The notes under the pieces are model-generated. The model worked only from the letters and a program-made list of their open reading frames with translations. It made no database searches and was not told the origin of the DNA. Below are positions 51,101 to 64,000 of a stretch of DNA of 64,000 bases, one piece after another. Position 1 is the stretch's first letter. Every line of letters begins with the position of its first letter. Where the stretch lies: assembly GCF_963921235.1 (NCBI RefSeq), contig NC_086097.1, forward strand, positions 51,462,001-51,526,000. Direction: 5' to 3'. Source of the DNA: Mobula hypostoma (Eukaryota). A program made the translations under genes and the position numbers.

Positions 51101-51929
51101 AGCAGAAATATGAACGTCTTGGCTTGTGATATGAAGAATCAACCGAGAGAAATGAGTACAGCAAAGGCTAATGTAACCGGCTTAAATTCTACCTCTAGTA
51201 CTGAAGATTTTCATTTCAGAACTAGCTGCACAATATATCTAAGCTGTCTATAATAATATAGGCTGCCATTTCACAAGAGCTGAATGATTACCATCCAATC
51301 ATTCGCTACTCAATTATCAGCAAAGTGACAGAAATTGCTGTCATCAGTGCTGTCAAGCAAGTTACTCATCAACAACCTTCTCACCGAAGGCCAGTTCACA
51401 CTGTACTGTTACAACTTGGCTCCAAACCTTCTAATAGTTTTGTCCAAACTTGGCATAGAGAACTGAATTCCAGAGTTGGGAAGAGAGTGAATGCATCATT
51501 GAGATAGCATTTGATTGAGTATGGTGTCAAGCAGTCCTCAGTTGAAGCTGAAGCTAAAGGGCTTCAAGAATAAAATATTCCCATGTTTAGAGCCATACCT
51601 TACACAAAGAAAGATGGTTATGTTCAAGGTCAATATCTCAGTTGCAATTCAGCTACATTAATAACCTTTGTTCTATCATGAGAAGTAGGGAATGATATTT
51701 GTACTTGTGTGTGATATTCAATTATATTTACAACTGCTCAGCTATTGAAGTTGTCTATGGCTGAATACAGCAAAGCCTAGCTAACAGGAGCTGAAAACTG
51801 TCAATGGTCATTTACTCCACAGAACTATCCAGCAATGACTGTCTCTGACAAGAGAGAGTTTAACCAGCTATACTTGATATTTCAATGATACTATTCAATA
51901 AACTACCCATCATCAATATGGCCTTCCGC

Positions 51930-53440
51930 ACAGCCATGGACAAGGATAGCAGCTGACAATATAGGAAAATATTTAAATGGAAAAGAGCTAATTGCAATGG
52001 CATTAGGCAGGAACTGGGAACAGACATTCTCAGGAAATGCACCACAGGATTAAGGGGGTTGTTTAGGGAGCACTTGCATGGGATTCTGGATAAATTGTCT
52101 CACTGAGACATAAAGGATGGAAAAGAAACCATGGTTGAAATGAGAGGAGGAATATTTAATCAAGAGGTAAAAGGAAACATGCTTAAGGTTTAGGAAGCAG
52201 AAATCTGGAAGTGCCCTTGAGAATTATAAAGTAGCCAGGAAGGAGCCCAGGGGAGATAGAAGAAGACATAAGAACACCTTGACGAGTGGATTTAGGGAAA
52301 ACTCCAAGGCATTTTACAAATACATGGCGAATAAGTGGATGACTAGACAGGGTAGGACTGCTCAGGTATAAAGGGAGAAATATTTATGGTTGGAGGTAGG
52401 GGAAGTACTTAGTAAATATTTTGCTTCAATGTTCACCAGGGAGAGGGATTCTAATGAATGCCTAGAACGGTTTAAGAAAGAGGTTGTGTTAGAGCTTCTG
52501 AAAAACATTGGATAAGGTGCTGGGGCTGGGCAGGATATATCCAGGTTACAATGGGAAACTAAGGAAGAGATTGCTAGAGTGTTAACAATGATCTAATCTC
52601 CCTGCTGCATCGCCTTCTAAGTATCACTGGTTAATCTATTTTGTACCTTACTATATTTAGTATATGCACTTTAGTTTGTATATGTATGTGTAATCCATCT
52701 GTAGAGTTCATCCTTATTTTCATGTTATTATGTTAAATGTGTGTTATGTATATTTTAGTGCTTTATACACTGGTTTGGAGAATCCTTATCTCTGACGGTA
52801 TACATATATATAGTTAAACAACAATAAACTTGACTTGACTTGGGAGTACAAGGTTAATGGCAGGATTCTTTGTAGTGTGGAAGAACAGAGGGAACTTGGG
52901 GTACAAATCCATCGATTCCCCCAAAGTTGCAGCACAAGTTGTGGTTAAGAAGGTGTATAGTGTGCTGGCCTTCATTAGTCAGGGATTGAATTCAAGCACT
53001 GTGAGATAGCGTTTCAGCTCTATAAAGCTCTGGTTAGACAATGAGCATGCAGAGGAGACTTAATAGGATGGTGCCTGGAGTGGAGAACATGTCTTATGAG
53101 TAATGGTGAGTAAGCCACTGCTTTTGTCTTTGGGGTGATGGAGGATGAGAGGTAACTTGATAGATTATAGTGTGGATAGCCAGCACCCCTCTCCCAGGGT
53201 AGCAATAACAGACAACATACATTTAAGAGTGGAGGAACCTTTAGGGGAGATTTCAGAGGTAGGTTTTTAAGTGCCTAGAATGCATAGAGACTGATAAAAT
53301 AAGGATATTTAAAAGATAGATACCTGGAATGTGGGAAAATGGAAGCTTATGGGCTGTAGGAAGGAAGAGCTAGATTGATCATGGAGTAGGTTTATACTGG
53401 TTGGCACAACATCGTGGGCTGAGGGGTTCATACTGCTCTA
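51930..53440 (+). mobile_element. Highly degenerate CR1 fragments with an inserted LINE 3' tail ending (CTTGA)n at ~52600-52842
   Basis: GGCATTAGGCAGGAACT, CCAAGGCATT and GTGGTTAAGAAGG..GGCCTTCATTAGTC segments match other CR1 copies. Confidence 0.7.
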
Positions 53441-54689
53441 TATATGTTAATGTGATTAACCAGAAATGCAATTGGGCTAGGCACATAGATACCATAGCTA
53501 CATGAGCTGCAACCATATAATAACATCTGACTTGTTACCTAAGGAAGCAAGTCAGGAATTTAAAGGATTACACTCCACCAGCAGGGATGAGTGCAGCTCC
53601 AACAACTTTCAAGAAGCTTCACTCTAGTCAAGACAAGGTAGACTGCATAATTGGTGACCCCTCATTATGGAGATAGTTGAACTAACTAACCACAAAGGTA
53701 AGTCATTCCTGGATGGGAAATGTCACCTTTCCTGAACAGGATATAAAAAAAAGCTTTGCAAGCTCTTGAAAGAGGATGTCCAGATGTAAACCCAGGTACT
53801 AAAGAACAGATGGTGAATGGAAAGAGTGCAGGAGGCTAAACAACCTACCAAGAGCTATGAAACACCAGCACTGTACATCTACAGTCCCAATCCCACTGAC
53901 AGCTTGGGACAGGGGAACTCATCATGGCCAGGGAGACAGAATGGAACACTTCGAAGACCTCCTCCAGCATAGATCTCTTCTTGATCTGAACACGTTCCAT
54001 CCCATAGCAACCAATTCATGTTATTTTCAAACTCAAAAATAACAAGCCCTCAGTATAGACTCATTGCCATGTCAGGGAAGCAAACTGTTCACCCAGAATG
54101 ACTGCAATTTCTAAGAAGCTGTCATCATGACCATCTTTGGAAAAACGAGAGAAATCTAATTATGGTAGTCACAGAGGGGCCTCCCGGCTGTCCATCAAAG
54201 GGAAAGTCAGAGTACCTCCTCCCAGTAAATCACAGTATGAATTCTCTCCAAGCAGAAGCACCGTGGTTATGACCTTCACCGCCTATTCCAAGAAAAATGT
54301 AGGGGACAACACCAAACGGCTTTTTCTTATCCAAGGAAAGCCTCCGATTCCATTAATTCCAGGAGAGACTGTAGGTTATCCTTCTCGATATTAACTGTCT
54401 ACAGAAACTGCCTGTGTTATTCCTGGTTCACAGTGACACATAAGCCTCAGTGAAGGCTGCTGTCAAAACATCTGTGTTGTTGCCCCAAAATGGTTCCAAG
54501 AATACAAACCTCAGTAGCCATGCTGCAATATAAGGATATTTGCACAAGCTTAGAAATGAAGCTCCAAGTATTCATCAACACTTTGACTAAATATATGAGA
54601 TGAAAGATCATACATTCCTAAAAATTACAGGGCACACACAAAAATTGAGGTTAGGAAGCTGTTGTAATACACTCTGGTGCTGACTTTGG

Positions 54690-55712
54690 GGAGTGGGGGG
54701 ATAAAGCAGTGGCTGATTGGCAGGAGGCGAAGAGTGGGAATAAAGGGAGCCTTTTCTGGCTGGTTGTCAGTGACTGGTGGTGTTCTATGGGGGTCTGTGT
54801 TGGGACCGTTTCTTTTTATGTTACATGTCAAAGATTTGGATGACAGAATTGATGGCTCTGTTACAAAGGTTGCGGATGATACAAAGATAGGTGAAGGGGC
54901 AGGTAGTTTAGGGGAAGTGGAGAGGCTACAGAAGGACTTAGACAGATCAGGAGAATGGGCAAAGAAGTGGCAGATGGAATACAGAGTCGGGAAGTGGGTG
55001 GTCATGCACTTTGGTAGAAGAAATAAAAGGATAGACTATTTTCTAAAAGGAGAGAAAATTCAAAAATCAGTGGCACAAAGGGATTTGAGAGCCCTTAAGC
55101 AGGATTCCCTAAAGGTTCATTTGCAGGCAAATGCAATGTTAGCATTCATTTCATGAGTACTAGAATATAAAAGTAAGGATGTAACGTTGAGGCTTTATAA
55201 AGCACTGGTGAGGCCTCACTTGGAGTATTCTGAGCAGTGTTGGGCTCCTTATCTTAGAAGGGATCTGCTGACATTGGAAAGGGTTCAAAGGAGGTTCACA
55301 AAATGATTCCAGGATTGAACAGCTTGTCATATGAGAAATGTTTGATGGCTTTAGACCTGTATTCAGAAGAATGAGGGGTGACCTAATTGAAACCTATCAA
55401 ATGTTGAAAGGCCTTGATACAGTGAATGTGGAAAGGATGTTTCCTATGATAGGGGAGCCTAGGGCCAGAATGGAGATTGGGAGGAATTTCTTTAGCCGGA
55501 GAAATTCATTGCCACAGGCAGCCGTGGAAGCCAAGTCTTGATGTATATTTAAGGTAGAGGTCAAAAGATTATTTATTGGTCAGGGCATTAAGAGATATGG
55601 GGAGAAGGCATGAGATTGGGGCTTAGAGGGAAAACAGATCGGCCATGATGAAATGGAGCAGACTCGATGGGTCAAATGGCTTAATTCTACTATATATCTT
55701 ATGTTCTTATAA
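54690..55712 (+). mobile_element. CR1 LINE 3' part, degenerate
   Basis: GSVLGP..VADDTKIG..WQMEY (ORF 54677-55156), RRMRGDLIETY and a CTTATGTTCTTAT tail. Confidence 0.88.
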
Positions 55713-56402
55713 CAACAATCAGGAGAAAGCCAGTTCACGTTTAACAAACCTAATTGGATTTTTTTGATGAAAAGGTTGATAAAGGAAATGTCATCTATGT
55801 GGATCTTAAGAAAATATTTGACAAATTGTCTGGATAACAACATTGTAACATGAATAATACGTTGAGGGTCTAATTGGCTAATACAATGGTATAAAAAGAG
55901 AAAACAGCATGCCATGGCAGATAGTTGTTTTTCAGATAAGAGCCTGTTTAACATGGAGAACTCAATACCTTTTTAAATACATAGAGGCCAAGATACGAGC
56001 CCCCAACTTATGGACACACATATACCCTGTTTAAATATAAAAGGCTGATAGGTACCCTTCTAGAAACAGCAGAACTAGTTTCCTTTCTCTCTAGTAATTG
56101 TTCTTTCTCATCAGTCTTGTGGTTTGCTATCATTCAGGGAATATGGTTATAATATCGAGTGATTTTTGTGCATTTTCCAACATGGACAAAATGTACTTAA
56201 GGACATCCGTAAAGACAAACCTCATTTATTATATGCGGACAGCCTATAGTTTGGATAGTGGAGGATAGAGCAAAATTTCAAAGTTGGGTTGTGATACTAA
56301 ATTCAGTGGAGTGACAAACAGTGAGTTTAATACTCATTGGCAGCGTATCCAAGCAGAATAGGCACACAAGTATCAGACTGAATTCAATGTTCTGGTTTCT
56401 GG

Positions 56403-57165
56403 TAAGATAGTGGCATGCTCAATCACACCAGCTTCTGCAAAGTCATCCAGAGGTATTACATCTTATTTAAATGTATTTTTTACAATTGCAAGACCCTGCT
56501 AATCATTAAGTACTACAAGTCTGCCACATCAGCGCACTGCTTGTTGGCGGAGAAACTGAAGGAGTTGGACTTGGTGCAATTGTGCTGCTGCTGGTGTCAG
56601 AAGCATTGGAGGAGTTGGTTCACGAAGGCAGGGTGAAGTCTAACAGCGAGTGATCATCCTATTCACTTTCCATATGATCGCAAGACCCTGTTGGACATTA
56701 TTAATGTGGAATGCTACAAGTCTGATTCACTAACTTATTGGCGGACAGTGGGGGAGATGCATGGCCTCAGTTGTAGTGAGGACTGTGACCCCAAGCCACG
56801 GTGTTGCCTGTTTATAACCACCCAGGAGAGAGGCGTTGGAGTTGGTGTGTTCCACTGGAGGTGATGTTGCGCAGTGTCCAAGCTGGAGTTGGTGCTGACC
56901 CTTAATGTTTGATTGGCAGAAGACAAGCCATATTGTGTTTGACTGCTGATTGCTGCAACATTCTTGGACTCAGAATCTTGCTATATATTTTTGTGTGACT
57001 GTATTTCACTGATCTCTTACATGTGCTTGCTATCTTATATGTGCTATATGTGCGTTGTGCTGTGTATGACTGTTAGTACTATGCTTTGTATATTAGCCCT
57101 GGAGTAATGCTGTTTCATTTGGCTGTATTCATGTATGGTAAAATGACAATTAAACTTGCACTTCA
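56403..57165 (+). mobile_element. Non-coding interspersed repeat (family shared with 48721-49473)
   Basis: Starts TAAGATAGTGGC and ends AATTAAACTTGCACTT; colinear similarity with the 48.7 kb copy. Confidence 0.75.
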
Positions 57166-57739
57166 ATATAGAAAATGTGAGTTAATGTACTTTGATAGAA
57201 GGGACACCGAGAGGCAACAAAGAATCAGGGTCTGGTTTATTATCACTCACTTATATGACGTGAAATTTGTTGTTTTGAAATAGCAGTACAGTTCAGGACA
57301 TAAGATTACCATAAAAGAAAAAAAATATTGTAAAAAAAAGAATGAAGCAATGTTCATAGGTTATTGGACTGTTGAGAAATGAGATGGTGGAGGAGAAGAA
57401 ACCATTTCTAATCAGTTTTCAGTCTCTTGTACCTCCCTTAATGGCAAAAAGAGGGAATGTCCAAAATAGTGAGGGTCCTTAATGCTGGATGTCACATTTT
57501 CGGGCACAGCCTTTTGAAAATTCCTCAATGGTGAGAACAGTTGTGTGTGTGATGCAGATGGCTGAGTTTACAACCATCTGCAGCCTCTTGACCTCCCGTG
57601 CATTCGATACCAGGCTGTGGTACATTCAGTCATATTGGCAATTTATTAATAGTGAAATATTGCATATAGAAGAAGGCAGGACACATTGACAGATTAATCA
57701 GCAAATTACACTTTGGACTTCATAAGTAGAAAGTAAAAG

Positions 57740-58720
57740 CCAATGCCATTTAAGGTCCGCTGGAAATAAACCAAACCTTTTCGCTTTCTGGTCTGCTTTA
57801 CCTCCACACTTATTCCTTTAAGGTCCGCTTGACCTTCACTCTGCTAGGTCCTAATCCAATGTGCTGGTTCAGCTCAGAATCATCCTGCTGCCTCCACACT
57901 TCTTCCTGTTCCCTGCTATCTCTGTACTCTGCCTTCTTAGCTGGTCTGGCCTCACCCTTACTGGTACATTGGCTCATCATCCTGCACTTCTCTCTTCACA
58001 GTTAGTCTCACTCTGCTATCGCTTCACGCTGCATCACTGTGCCTTTATGTCCCTCTGAACTTCGCCCTTCTGTATTCCCTTCAGATCCATTTAAGCCCCA
58101 CCTTCCCCATTTTCAGGTCTATCTAAGCTCCACATTGTCACATCCGCACTCAGTGCACTAGTTCCACTCAAAATCATCCTCTTGCCTCCATGCTTCTCCC
58201 TGCCACCTCTGTCACCCTCGTGGTTTGCTCAGCTATAAAGACTGTCGGGCTTCACCCTCCCTGGTGCACTGGCACTTCACTACACAGTTCTTCCCATTTT
58301 GCAGTCAACTATAAATCACCCTATTTCAAACCAGGCAATTAACATTATGCATTTCTGGTTATCTCTGTTCCTGGCTAACCCTTCACAGTCTGCATGACTC
58401 CTCTATTGTTGTATCATATTCAGGTCCATTTAAACTTCACTTTCCCCTTTTCGGTCAGTTTAAAGTCCACCTTTTCGGTCTGCACACATTTTGCTTGATC
58501 CACTCGAAATCATCCTGCTGCCTATGTGCATCTCCCTGCCACACATCTCCTCTGTATTCTGAGCATTCAAGGCTTCACTCTAACTGGTGTGCTGACTCGT
58601 CACACTGCACCTCATCACGTTTTGTACTGACGTCCAATCACCCTGCGGCTGAGAGTAGTCACACATTCCTTGGGCCTCTTCACACTATGCATCACAGTCC
58701 GCTAGCCCATCATCCTTTCA
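57740..58720. repeat. Degenerate tandem repeat of about three ~300-bp pyrimidine-rich units
   Basis: AATCATCCT(G/C)(C/T)TGCCT at 57878, 58172 and 58508; TCAC.CT..CTGGT at ~57952, 58252 and 58575; CCATTTAA at ~57746, 58088 and 58426. Confidence 0.7.
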
Positions 58721-59329
58721 CATCTGGTTGAGCCCCAATCCGCTGGTCCCACACCCAGTTTGCCAGATCCACTCAGGATCTCAGATTCAGCCAATCTCTG
58801 TATTTCTCCCTGTCATCAACCTCTCTGCCCTCTGTGTGCACTCTGCCTTTCTAATCTGCTCATCCTCCTTGATGCATCCTGCACCTCCTTACATTTCACT
58901 GTTGACTTTTGATCACCCTTTTTGAAACTGTGGGCAATTACAAATGTGGATTCCTTGGTTAGATGCTCCTTCGCTCTGCCCATTTCTGTTTCTGGTTCAC
59001 TGTTAGAACTGACAACTTTGTCATCAGCCTCTGCAGTTAAGCCCCCAAGTCTCCTGGGCACCTGGAGACTTGTTCAATGTCCAGCACCAGCAGTTTGTTC
59101 AGTAGCACTGACCTCATGATTGTAATTGTTCTCAAGTTCCATCTTTCTTTTCGATTCTTGATCTACAGCCAATTTAACAGATTTACTTGTACCACTGTAG
59201 TGAAGGCAGATGTGAAAGATCCGTTTAATTGATCTGCCATTTCCTTGTCTTCAATAGACTCATTTTCTGTCACATTAACAGTGAGCTCTTCTTTAATAGC
59301 TCCATTGAATGCAGGTTGGCATAGAACAT

Positions 59330-59722
59330 AAAATATAGAAAACCTACAGCACAATACAGGCCCTTTGGCCCACAATGCTGTGCTGAACAAGTACTTACTT
59401 TAGAAATTACCTCAGGTTACCCATAGCCCTCTATTTTTCAAAGCTCCATGTGCCTATCCAGGAGGCTCTTAAAAGACCCTATCGTATCCACCTCCACCAC
59501 CGTCGCTGGCAGCCCATTCCACACACTTACTATTCTCTGCGTAAAAAACTTACCCCTGACATCTCCTCCATACGTACCTCCAAGCACCTTAAAACTGTGC
59601 CTTCTTGTGTTAGCCATTTCAGCCCTGGGAAAAGGCCTCTGACTATCCACATGATCAATGCCTCTCATCATTTTATACACCTCTATCAGGTCACCTCTCA
59701 TCCTCCGTTGCTCCAAGGAGAA
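59330..59722 (-). mobile_element. CR1 3' end, same subfamily as 1-2344 and 17967-18971
   Basis: EQRRMRGDLIEVYKMMRG..GSFKSLLDRHMEL peptide and ATAGAA tail; flanked by older CR1 remnants at ~58900-59320. Confidence 0.9.
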
Positions 59723-59739
59723 TGGCACTTCCAGTCTAT

Positions 59740-60980
59740 CCTGGACAGTTGAGAACTGGATAATGGGTTACCTGACTGGCAGACCACAGTTTGTGTGGCT
59801 TCAGAGCTGTGTGTTAGACATGGCTAAGCAGCACTAGGGTCCCTCAGGGGACTGTACTGGCTCCCTTCCTGTTTACTCTGTATATATCAGACTTTGGATA
59901 CAACACTGAGTCATGCCATCTGCAGAAAGTCTCTGATGACTCAGCAATAGTTAGGTTTATAAAGGGAGGACAGGAGGATGAACACATGGCCCTGGTGGAG
60001 GACTTTGTCGAATGGTGCAAGCTGAATCATCTGCAGCTCAACATCAGTAAGACAAAGGAGATAGTGACGGACTTTAGGAAGACTAAGCCTGCACTGCTGT
60101 TACTATTGATGGTGTGGATGTGGATGTGGATGTGGTGAGTACCTGGGGTGCACCTGGAAGACAGACTTGAGTGGAGCACCAACACAAAGGCTGTGTACAA
60201 GGAAGGCCAAAGACTCCTCTACTTTCTGAAGAGACGAGGTCCTTTGGAGTATGCAGGCCTCTCTTTCACATGTTCTACAGTTGTCACCAGTGCAAAACCT
60301 CTACGTAGTGGTGTGCTGGGGCAATGGCATCAACACAGGTGATGCCACCAGGCTCAATAAACTGATTAGAAAGGCTGGCTCTGTTATAGGAGTCAAACTG
60401 GACACACTGGAAGGTGTGGTAGAACACAAGACCCTCCAGAAAATCCTGGCAATTCTGGACAATGTTCCTCACCCTCTGCATGCCACCTTGGCTGAGCAGA
60501 GGAGCACTCTTAGTAATAGACTAGGACAACTGCACTGCTCCAAAGAGCTCTAATGAGGTCATTCTTACCCTGGCAATTAGGCTCTATAATGAGTGCAACT
60601 ATAGCCGGGGAAGTGATGATCCCCTCCTGTTAGACTGTTATTAATCTCTGTTTACCAGAAACTCTGTTTAAGCTTGGTTTAATTCTGTTTACCACACCCT
60701 GCTACTATGCAATACTACCATCACCTCTTAGCTAGACAGTGTGAATGTGCACCCATCACTGTATAATATTACCGTAATTCTTGACCTACAATCTTATCAG
60801 TGTGAACATGTAAATCTTGTAACCTTTGACCTGTAAATCATGTACATCTTATTTTTAAGGTAAATTATTTTTCTATTCTATCTTATGTCTTTTCTAATAT
60901 TTAAAGTATATATCAGTGCACTTGTAATGCTACTATGAAACTGTAATTTCCCTTGGGAACAATAAAGTATCTCTCTATGT
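59740..60980 (+). mobile_element. Rex1/Babar-type LINE 3' part (a second family)
   Basis: PQGTVLAPFLFTLY..SDDSAIV and WSTNTKAVYK..RLNKLIRKAGS..HPLH remnants; AATAAAGTATCT tail. Confidence 0.8.
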
Positions 60981-62929
60981 ATCTAAATATAAGCTTTTTT
61001 ATCATTCTGTGTAGCTTGAAATGTTGTTGTTTTTGTGACTCTCAATTGACCAATCCTTTCCTTAATTTGCCAGATCATCTTGCTTCCGTGCTCTCATAAA
61101 TGCACTTATTTTAAGTTTAATATGTTCTGACACTGACTCATATTTCTTTTTTTTTCAAATTGATATAAATCCAATCAATTTATAATCATTGCCACTTTGC
61201 AATGCCTTCATTATGAGGTCACTAGTTAATCCCACTTCTTAGAATAATAGCAAATCTGTTTTCTGGTTGGCTTCAAAACATGCTTTTCCATTAAATTATC
61301 CTGTAAATCAATGGGCTCTTCATTTAGACTACAATTGTCCATCTGATTTTTCCAGTGTATAGACAGATTAAAACACTCCATGATTATTATCCTATTGTTT
61401 CTGACAAGTTTGCATTTTTTCTCGTTTACTCTGTCCAGCCATGTGGTTACTTTTAGGTGACCTATACACCACTCACACAAATTACTTCATGACTTTATTG
61501 TTAATCTCTACCCAAATCACTTCCATATCTTGATTTTCTGAACTCGCATCTTCCTTCCGTACTGTACTATGCCCAGACGCTAAAGCTAAAATTATCTTAA
61601 TGGAAAAGTCCCGTGCTCTACAAATTCAGTTTAACGTAGGCAAGGTTATTCTCCTTCAAGCAAAGGAAGGTGAGGGGAAATTTAATTGAAATGTACAAGA
61701 CTCTGACAGGCTTGGATAAGGTACACAAATCTATTTCCACAAGCTGATAGTAAGAGGAGGAAAGGACATAATTCACAGTTTTATGCCCATAGAGATGTGA
61801 AAAAGAATGTTGTTTTGTTACACACAGAACAGTGAAGACTCTGAAGTCACTGCATACAAGGACGGTAGAATGGTGAAAGTGTACACAATTTTAAAAGAAG
61901 TCTGAAAATCATTTAAGGAAAATAAGCTACCTAAAAATCTTACAAGAATAGAGCAGAGGAATGGGACTAACTGAATTGTTCTATGGAGATCTAGTGCAAC
62001 TCGATGGGTTAAGTACATCTTTCTATGCCGTCGTGACTCTGGAATTTTCAATCGAATTTTAAAACTATCATCACAGCTAGAAATGGTGTCAATAACTATG
62101 AATTTTCATGAGATGTTAAAACTAGCTTATTAGCATTTCTGGTGAATGCTTCATTTTGTGATAGTTTTGCTCTTGTTGTATTTAACATTGTCAAATAACA
62201 TCCTCATTAGCTCCAAAATTTGCTCACAGCCCGTCTGCCGAATCTGTATGGATTACCTGTCTTCCAATGTCATGTGATTATATCATTATGGATGTAAGGC
62301 TCAGGATTAATGGACTGTGCAGCAGAGGTTACAAAGGTCACATTGGGTAAGTGCACAATACGGCAATTTAGTCATTGTTGAACTAACGGCAATAGATGAT
62401 GCATGCAATGTGTAATTGTGAGTGTATCCTCGAAATGAGCTTTGCAGTTTTGCCTAAATCAATGTAACAGCAGAGATCATTCTCCTTTCACACTTACAGA
62501 GAACATGGGCAAAAAAGAAGATAACATTAAGAGATATGTCCTCAATGAGCACTGACTTGCAGATTTCAATATGAAAGGGAGATGCAGTAAAGTCACACAG
62601 ACTGCTTCTTTTGGTATCCCCTGTAATGTGGCAAAAGCTTATTTCCACTCTTTGAAACTGATACTGTTGCAAGCCTTTGTAGAGTATTTAAAAAAGACTT
62701 TGAAAAAATGTAATGAATTGGTCGCATCCTTTTTAGCCATATTGTTGAATGTATCTTGAGATAAAGCCATTGAATGCATTTGGTGCTTGAAGGATGCAAC
62801 CCTAGTCGACGAGCACAGATTAAAAATGTGGTGTAAAAGTTTTCAAAAATATGTTTCTTTGTGAACTGTGAAGAATTGAAGTGTAACTCTTTCATGAAAG
62901 GGTACATCGTCCAGTTGTAAACTAAGATT

Positions 62930-63200
62930 ATCAACGTTGTTCCAAAGAGCGCTATGAGGTTATTCTCACCCTCGGCCATTAGGTTCTATAATGAGGCAAT
63001 CTATAATCGGGGAAGTTATGACTCCCTCCTGTCAGACTGTTATTAACATCTGCTTACCAGAACTCTGGTTAAGCTCTGTTTTATTTTTAAGGTAACTTAT
63101 TTTTATTCTTTCTTACTTCTCTCCTAATATTTGTATATCTGTGCACTTGTATTGCTACTGTGACACTGTAATTTCCTTTGAGATCAATAAATTATCTGTC
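62930..63200 (+). mobile_element. 3' end of the same LINE family as 59740-60980
   Basis: TCCAAAGAGC.CTATGAGGT.ATTCT..AGG.TCTATAATGAG..CCCTCCTGT.AGACTGTTATTAA is shared with 60540-60650. Confidence 0.8.
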
Positions 63201-64000
63201 TGTCCTACCTGCTGATGAATCTTTAGTCTTTGACTAACGGATAATGTTCTCTTTGTGGCTCTATTTCTCATTTACTTGTCCATGCAGTATGCACATTAGT
63301 CACATTACGAATTAGCACATGCAAGTACGTTTTACAAGATTTAATGTAAATTCTCTGGACCAGATACAGGTGCAGCACCAAAACCTTGCTGCCTCAAGAT
63401 GTCATCATTTGCCATAGATTTCCCCCTTCCTGAGTGTAGGTTCAAAGGAGTGGAATCCACTAAATATTGCCCAAACTATGGGGTACACCTTAGCCATACT
63501 TGAAGGTTTCCATACAAGGAAAGATCCATCATTTTAGTCAGATAATGGAACATGCAGCAGATGATAAAAAAAATTACAACTAAGAGCAAATGAAGATTGT
63601 ATTTGCTTTGATCACTTTGAAGTGAGGAAGAAGAACACTAGAAGGCAAATTATATGCATGTGCCCATATTCCTTTGGAATATGTAGGTGCCTGTACTACT
63701 ATGCTTGTATCCTTTCTATAGACATATGCTGAGACTGATGTAAGGACAGGAATCCTAACACAGATACTCCAGTGGCATATCCCATTTGAATCTTAGTATC
63801 CCTTGTCCCAGGTTGCAACATGGACAAGTCACACTTGCAGAATCGCTGAGTAGAACCAAGAAGGAAGCAGGAATTTGCCTTGTCCTCAGACAGCTGTCAA
63901 ACAATATTGTCTTGGCAGAAGTTGGGTACCACAGATACTGAAGAATAAATGTGAGTTCATTGTAACACACTGACCTGTCCAGCGGGTTTGGGAAGAAATA

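Noticed and set aside
51100..64000. A neighbouring or divergent protein-coding gene
   Set aside because: No ORF or spliceable exon with a recognisable non-transposon protein motif was seen; small exons could have been missed.

Overview
Vertebrate genomic DNA; the repeat content (dense CR1 LINEs, Rex1-type LINEs, Penelope elements, tRNA-derived SINEs) suggests a cartilaginous fish, which is an inference. The only host gene I can support is a minus-strand glycogen phosphorylase, most like the liver form PYGL. Coding exons 1-7 (234, 102, 79, 104, 132, 112, 83 bp; 282 aa) have canonical GT-AG borders and span 50888 to 6152; the remaining exons lie beyond the left edge. A CpG-rich promoter with paired GC/CCAAT boxes sits at about 50.9-51.1 kb. 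Most other long ORFs are transposon-derived or antisense shadows of them. Points worth a second look: (i) the N-terminal regulatory region (Ser14 motif, cap, AMP-site Tyr75) is unusually divergent; (ii) a multi-layer nested insertion CR1 > hAT > (CR1; CR1-tail > Tigger) with readable TSDs; (iii) an inverted Penelope pair carrying minimal hammerhead ribozyme motifs; (iv) a fold-back mariner MITE with five TIR copies; (v) a rearranged Gypsy remnant; (vi) a probable antisense solo LTR; (vii) an unexplained 74-nt intronic hairpin; (viii) an unexplained degenerate ~300-bp trimeric repeat. I found no convincing evidence for a wholly new multi-gene system.
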